A stretch of 55,185 bases of DNA from positions 19,374,211 to 19,429,395 of the forward strand of contig NC_069004.1 in the NCBI RefSeq assembly GCF_001194135.2. The letters are read 5' to 3'. Numbering within the stretch: position 1 is the first letter of the stretch; the number at the start of each line of letters is the position of its first letter. The translations under genes and the position numbers were made by a program. The notes beneath the pieces are model-generated. The model had not been told where the DNA came from. It was given only the letters and a program-made list of their open reading frames with translations, and searched no databases. This stretch comes from Octopus bimaculoides (taxonomy: Eukaryota). Of the stretch, positions 48,691-55,185 are shown one piece after another.

Positions 48691-49265
48691 CTGAAAAGTA
48701 GTTTTTATAAAATGTAACTATTTAAAATAAAAGTATTATGTTGATGTCATAAGAATTTTATAATTTTTTTAATGAATCTGACTAGAAAATTTACATTTAC
48801 TAAGTATAAACAAGCCCCACCACAACCTATAGTTCATACTATTAAGTGGTTAGCTAAATGAGCAAAGACAGTGCAGGTTTATGAAGTCCCAAGTCCCTCT
48901 AGTTCTGTCTTATATCAAAAGTTATTCAACCTATCTAGTGTTGGTGCAACGAGGAAATTCATCAGTGAGCTCCAAATAGTAGTTGATGTTAGGAAGAGCA
49001 TCCAGCTGTAAAACCTAAGCCAAAGGATACATATAAGCATCTAGTCTTTGGGAACTCTAAATGGGAACCAATTCAGACCTTGACAGCCATTTAGCCCATG
49101 CCAACATGGAAAGCAGACTGATGATGATGATTAGTTATTTTCCATAGAGAAATACGGTAAGCACTTGTTTGACCAGTGGCACCCAAATTTTTCTCTGCTC
49201 TGCCAAAGACCACTTTTATGTAACCCTTTTGCATTCAGATTACTCTGTCAAACGTAATGTTTATT

Positions 49266-49449
49266 AAAGAAGTGATTTTAAATTCTCAAACGCAGGATAA
49301 TGCTAATAATATAGCCTGAACAGGATAAGCTACCCCTATTTTGCAGAAAAAAGTGTTGGCGGCCAGCTATGAGACTCGAACTCACAACTCCGTGATTACG
49401 CGTTGTGGCGCTCAAGACTGATTAATCTAAACTGCCCTCACAACAAAAG
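49266..49449 (-). mobile_element. ~184-bp tRNA-like insertion with a 13-bp TSD inside a MITE
   Basis: CGTAATGTTTATT is duplicated at 49253-49265 and 49450-49462. On the minus strand, 49436-49362 has a T-arm GTGAG-TTCGAGT-CTCAT and a 6/7 acceptor stem, followed by TTTTTT. Confidence 0.7.
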
Positions 49450-50871
49450 CGTAATGTTTATTTATTCATATACCTTTTAATTAATCATGCATTATCTCAT
49501 AGCTTCAAGATGTGACGATATATTTTTAGAATGATATTGTAGGGTAGGTGTGAGAGGTCATATCAGGCTGATTTGAACAAAAAGCAGGTAGAAAATTTGG
49601 GTCTGATATGTCTGGTTTAAATGCTAAAGGATTAACGCTTTTAGTATTCAGATTATTGTGTCAAATGTAATGCTCTTTTATATTCATATTACTTTTGAAT
49701 TGATCATGTATTATCTCAGAGTTTCAAGATTTTGATGATGCAATCGTTTATTTTTAGAATGACACCGTTACCAGTGCCGCTGGATTGGCTCCTGTGCAGG
49801 TGGCACGTAAAATACTCCATTTTGAGTGTGGCAGTTGCCAGGACCACCTGACTGGCCTTCGTGCCGGTGGCATGTAAAAGCACCCACTACACTCTCGGAG
49901 TGGTTGGCGTTAGGAAGGGCATCCAGCTGTAGAAACTCTGCCAAATCAGATTGGAGCCTGGTGTAGCCATCTGGTTCGCCAGTCCTCAGTCAAATCGTCC
50001 AACCCATGCTAGCATGGAAAGCGGACGTTAAACAATGATGATGATTGTAGGGTAGGTGTGAGAAGTTGGACTTGGTCAGTTTGAACACAGGTAGAATATT
50101 TGGTTTGGATATGGCCGAGTTAAATACTAAAGGTCAAATGTATTTGCCAAATACATTGAAATATTGAGAATTGTTTGTTTTTATTAGCTTTATTATGAGT
50201 AACAATACAATCTACACAGCAGCTTCTTGGAATTTTGAACTTAGCTCATGGACGCTTTAGAGATTCAAAGACCTATGTAAAGGAATCACTATGTTAGACT
50301 ATACTATGCTTGACTAAAACACATCTGGAAATATCACTGTACCCACAGTAGGTTGGCTTTTAATTTTAATCAATTTAAATTTAGGATTTGTCTTCTTTGA
50401 CAAGAATTGTCATTAACATTACTGATTCTTTTTTTTTTCTTTCTTATTATATGTGTAACTTCAATGAAGTAAAATTCTTTTTGGTTCATAACATTAAATA
50501 TATTATCTTGCGCTGAAATATTAAATATTTTCTTAAAAAGACCAAAGACGACATGTTGCTGAGATAGATTAGTCCCTTTTTGCGGAGGCTTAGAAGAGAT
50601 TGTCATTTAATAGTATGTGGAACAGCATCATTCCCCTAGTCTTTAGGATGTTTGTTGAACAACTATTGGGACAGTACATCCTTCAAAACTCCCATGCTTC
50701 CTGAAATTCGCCAACAGTACACCTGATGCCCCCCCACTCCTGTTGTTTTTTCGTTTTTTTTTATAGACTTATTCACTGTTCCCTTCCTGTGCAAATCAAC
50801 ACAAGTACTTATGATTTAAGCCTGATATTTATTCTATTGAATCTGTATAAGTGACAGAGGAAATATTAATC

Positions 50872-51319
50872 CCCACTTAAACGTGGATGTTCTGTTAGAA
50901 CAAACTATACTGCAGTAGATACCATGAGAGATACTCTCAGATTGCAAAATGCACTCTTGTTTATATCACTAATGGGGAGACAAATCCCCACCAACTCAAG
51001 TGCCAAGATCACCAGATCACATGATTCTAACCTTCCTTGGTCTTGTCAATGATGGATGCTTGACCACTAGAGATAGCAGCAACTCATCTCCCTGTAGCAA
51101 TATGTGCAAAAATGGTGTCAGAACAGGTCCTGGTGTCACAATTAGCCAGGGAGTTTGTTAAAAAATATATAATAGTAACAGAAGCAGTATTAATACTGAG
51201 AGGTAATTTTTATTCCCACTTAAACATGGATGTTCTGTTAGAACAAACTGTACTGTGGTATATACCATGAGAGATACTCTCATATTGACTTTTGGTGCAA
51301 AATGCACTCTTGTTTATAT
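50872..51319. repeat. ~100-bp direct repeat pair (50872-50966 / 51215-51319)
   Basis: CCCACTTAAAC.TGGATGTTCTGTTAGAACAAACT.TACTG..GTA.ATACCATGAGAGATACTCTCA...GCAAAATGCACTCTTGTTTATAT appears twice. Confidence 0.9.
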
Positions 51320-53023
51320 TTATTGGATTTCTTTCACTGAACTGCTAAGTTATGGGGATGTAAACAAACCAATACTGATTGTCCAGCTGTGAGGGGGGGG
51401 GTGCAAACACAAAGACACACACATATATATATATATATATATGTGATGATCTACCACAGTTTCCAAATTCTTACCGAAGTTGCTGCACAGCCAGATTGAA
51501 CCCAAACCCACATGGTTGCAAAGCAAGCTTCTTAACCACATAGGCAACATTTTAAAAACATGCAAGTCAGTAATGTAAAAAATTCCTGTACATGAAACCA
51601 AAAACTAGTAACCTATTGTCTTACACAGCAAGTACAGTTTAACAAGCCTACTTTTAAACTGGCCTACTTTTAAAACAAGCCTACTTTTAAACAAACCTAC
51701 ATTTAAACTGGCCGAAACTGGCCCAAAATTTTCCACCTGTTTTATGTTTAAATTGGCTAGATCCAGCCTTTCACACTTGCCTAACAATTTCAATCAAAAC
51801 ATAAACATTCACATACTTGAAATCTCAAAGCTATGAGATAATGCGTGATGAATTCAAATGAATGTGAATGAATATGTATTACACTTGACAGAGTAATCTG
51901 AATGCTAAAGGGTTAAATGGAGACTCAGTCTTATACATCCAGTCACTTTAACTCCCTATATGGAGTCTCTCCAGGTCAAGCCACTACTTCTCCATATTTG
52001 AGAAGTCACAGTTCTAGCACTACCAACACGGTTAGAATGTTGCAGGAAAGACAAGATGGTTTCTTCAAACTGAACCAACTAGCAGAAGACTTAGAGGTAG
52101 ACCAAGAGTGAGACGGTTGAATAATGTCCATAGTATCAATTGTAGGGTAGGTATGAGAGGCTGAATCTGGCTAGTTTGAGCATAAAACAGGTAGAATATT
52201 TGTGCCAGATATGGCTGGTTTAAATGCTAAAGAGTTAATCATTGGTCTGCTCAGCAACAGCAATCTGAACTTAGCTCCATGTCAATGAAAATGTCATCAC
52301 TACTACATTGTTCTTTGTTACTTTCAGCAGTGAACTGTACCTCATCATTCTTTGGAATCCAGCCAAAGAGGATAATAGTGGTTACTTCTGATGGGGTCCT
52401 ATGGAGGAAGTGCCTGATAACTCTCCCTCCACAACCCATCCAGGAATAGTGGACAGAGAAAATGGTGAATTGATGGCTGGATATACAGATACAATATTAA
52501 CCCTTATCAATAGTTAAATTGGGTAACTGGTTTTAAACTGATGCCTTCTATCCATACTTATAACGAGATTGCAATTTGTGTATGTCTAACGTTTGCACAT
52601 ATCAGTGTATGAACACGTGGAAGAAATCCGGAGAAGGGGGATAACTCTTTAAAGGGGTCATAACTCTAAAGGAAAGTCAATAATGTCAGTACCTTGCAGG
52701 TAGTACCCTTGTAGAAGAGTGCCAGTAACACATAAAAGGTGTTTGTGCCAGTGACACGTAAAAAGCATTCATGCATATCGGGGACATGTGAAAAGTACTC
52801 ATTCTGGTTTCACATAAAAGACACTTGATATACTCTGTGGAGTGGTTAGCAGTAGGAAGAGCATTCAGCCATAGAAACCAAGCCAACACAGACTGGAGCC
52901 TGGTGCAGCTCTCCAGCTTACCAGTGTCAGTCTAACCCATACTGGCATGGAAAACAGATGATGATGATGATTAAAAGAGTAACGGAAATAAATAAACAAA
53001 TAAGCAAATACAATTTTACTTAC

Positions 53024-53210
53024 AAACTCAGGACCAATATGATCGAGGTTTATCATCCGACGTCCGATCAAAACAACCCTATTGAATACTTTGGCCCGAT
53101 TAAGGGCCTCCAAGAGGTGTCGGCCCACTTCTCCACTGTACCCAACTACAAAGGCGCTATGGTTTTTACGGCGGAAGTTTTCAATGTTTTCCTGAGCACT
53201 CAGTGGAATT
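53024..53210 (-). CDS. HTATIP2: HTATIP2/TIP30-like oxidoreductase, first identified coding exon (IPLSAQENIENFRRKNHSAFVVGYSGEVGRHLL...VLIGRRMINLDHIGPEF); no ATG inside
   Basis: Minus-strand TTTTTTTATTTTCCAG acceptor and GTAAGT donor. Rossmann GxxGxxG (GYSGEVG) and IGRR resemble TIP30 GASGETG / LIGRR. Confidence 0.88.
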
Positions 53211-54810
53211 CTGGAAAATAAAAAAATATAAACAACAATAATAAGTCAAACATGGAACAAAAATACTGCAAAGGACCTAAAGAGACAACAGTCTTCCACT
53301 GTAATTTGAGTTGACTAAAGCCAAGTGAAATTTGATAGACAAAACTGTGCAGAAGCCTAAGGCATGGCTGTGTGGTTAAGAAGTTTACTTCACAGCAAGG
53401 TGGTTTGAGGTTCAGTCTCACTGCATGGCACTTCAAGTATGTGCCTTCTATTATAGTCCTGATATGAGTGGATTTGGTAGATGGAAAGTGAAAGTAGCTT
53501 GTCCTTCTCCTATGTTAAATATATATAATTATGTAACAAAATTTTTAATTTTTTAGCCTTTTGTTATTTCATATTTGTTTCTCTCTAGAAATCAAAGAAA
53601 ATGACTACTATTCCCTTCAAACTTTGCTTTTGTCACCTGGGTGTCATGTTTAGAAACTGACCTATTTTATATTATATGTCAGACAGATTCAGCACTGAGT
53701 TGCTGAACAAGAAATATTGTAATAGCAAATATTCTGCTCTATACCACAGATTTGCTTGTCAGTTGCTTGACCTTAATCACTTGAGCATGTCCCTCAATGA
53801 CTGACAACGTGCATCTCTGATCACAAGCAAGGAGTAGTGGGGTTTGAATAAATATAAGAAAAGCAAAGTTTGAAGGAAATATTAACCATTTTTCATAATT
53901 TCTAGAGGTAAGCAAATAGGAAATAATGGTTGCTACCCAAGGACAAAAATCGTGCCACACAGTTTAATACTTTGATACTAAGCTGACTGATATCTCCAGT
54001 GACAGATCATTGTTATGTCACCATAGCTACATAAGTCTATTAATCTAGATGGCCAGGGGTTTGTAATGTTGCTTTGGTGTAGTGGTTAGCATATAGATAT
54101 TAGATAATCGTGTGTATAGCTACAGATGTACTTCTCTTGTGATATTGTTGTCAGTTCTCCTGTCAAAAGATCATCTGCCACCTTTGTGTCTTTGAGAACA
54201 TGTGAAAGAAGCAAATCCTTTATTTGAAAAACAGATAAGGCTTAGTTACAGGAAAGGCATCCAGTTGTAAAACAATTCCTGAGTAACATACTCATCTAAC
54301 CCATACTATCACAGAAAATCAGACACAAAAACAAACATATATATTTTAGTATATCTTTATATAATAATGCCTAAAGTGGTGAGCTGGCATGTCTCTCATA
54401 TCCCAGCTGTCTCTCTTTTCTATCTTTCCTCTTGTCAAAGAGAATATTTCCCCAGCATTCACTATTTTACTTTCATCTGGTCTAACGACCCTCCATGTTT
54501 GTTTGCGTTTGGTTTCCTTGTATGTCTCCACTGTCCTGTTTTTGTAACCAACTTTGACCCTCCATAAATCCTAAATTTTATTTTGGTTTGCGGGAGCAAC
54601 TGCCCTTCGAAGACTCATATTATCATTCAATGCTTGAAATGAGTAGATGGACAGGCGACAAATGATGAAGGGTCGATCTTTATGTTACTTGTCCTGGTTT
54701 TTATTTGTTTCTTTCATTGTTTATGTATTCAATTCTTTTGCTTTCAATTTTCAAATTTCATGTTCTTTACAGTTTGTGACATCCTGTATCCACATATGCA
54801 TGTGTGTGTG

Positions 54811-54849
<39 letters not shown>

Positions 54850-55185
54850 AGATACATATATATATGCATATATTCTTTTATTCTTTTACTTGTTTCAGTC
54901 ATTTGACTGTGCCCATGCTGGAGCACCGCCTTTAGTCGAACAAATCGACCCCAAGACTTATTCTTTGTAAGCCTAGTACTTATTCTATCAGTCTCTTTTG
55001 CTGAAACACTAAGTTACGGTGATGTAAACACACCAACATCGGTTGTCAAGGGATAGTGGGGGGACAAACACAGACACAAACACACACACACACACATATA
55101 CGACAGGCTTCTTTCAGTTTCCGTCTACCAAATCCACTCACAAGGCTTTGGTCGGCCCGAGGTTATAGTAAAAGACACTTGCCCA

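Noticed and set aside
49362-49436. A functional tRNA gene
   Set aside because: The D arm and anticodon arm do not fold canonically and no anticodon can be assigned. It is kept only as a tRNA-like insertion.

Overview
AT-rich, intron-rich eukaryotic genomic DNA with many microsatellites, assembly gaps and dense SINE/MITE content. The repeat landscape looks like an octopus/coleoid cephalopod genome, which is inferred from recalled repeat families and not verified. Two convergent spliced genes were reconstructed by hand. (1) A complete MFSD9-like major facilitator transporter lies on + (7 coding exons, 5295..20958, 1272 nt, 423 aa, all GT-AG, phases consistent). (2) An HTATIP2/TIP30-like NADPH-binding SDR lies on - (5 exons, 53210..38675, 784 nt); its start codon is not in these exons. 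The rest is mostly transposon debris: two full-length-size mariner relics with TIRs, a Tc1/maT-like fragment, R4/Dong, RTE and Penelope-like retroelement fragments, several SINE families and several MITEs or foldback hairpins. I found no clearly new protein-coding system. The best leads are a SINE (ATT)n tail that forms an MFSD9 splice acceptor with in-frame upstream alternatives (poly-Ile isoform), a near-perfect ~350-nt hairpin just past the MFSD9 stop, a tRNA-like insertion with a 13-bp TSD, a four-tier nested insertion, and a hammerhead-like motif in a direct-repeat-flanked intronic unit. All coordinates and alignments were done by eye, and repeat boundaries are approximate.
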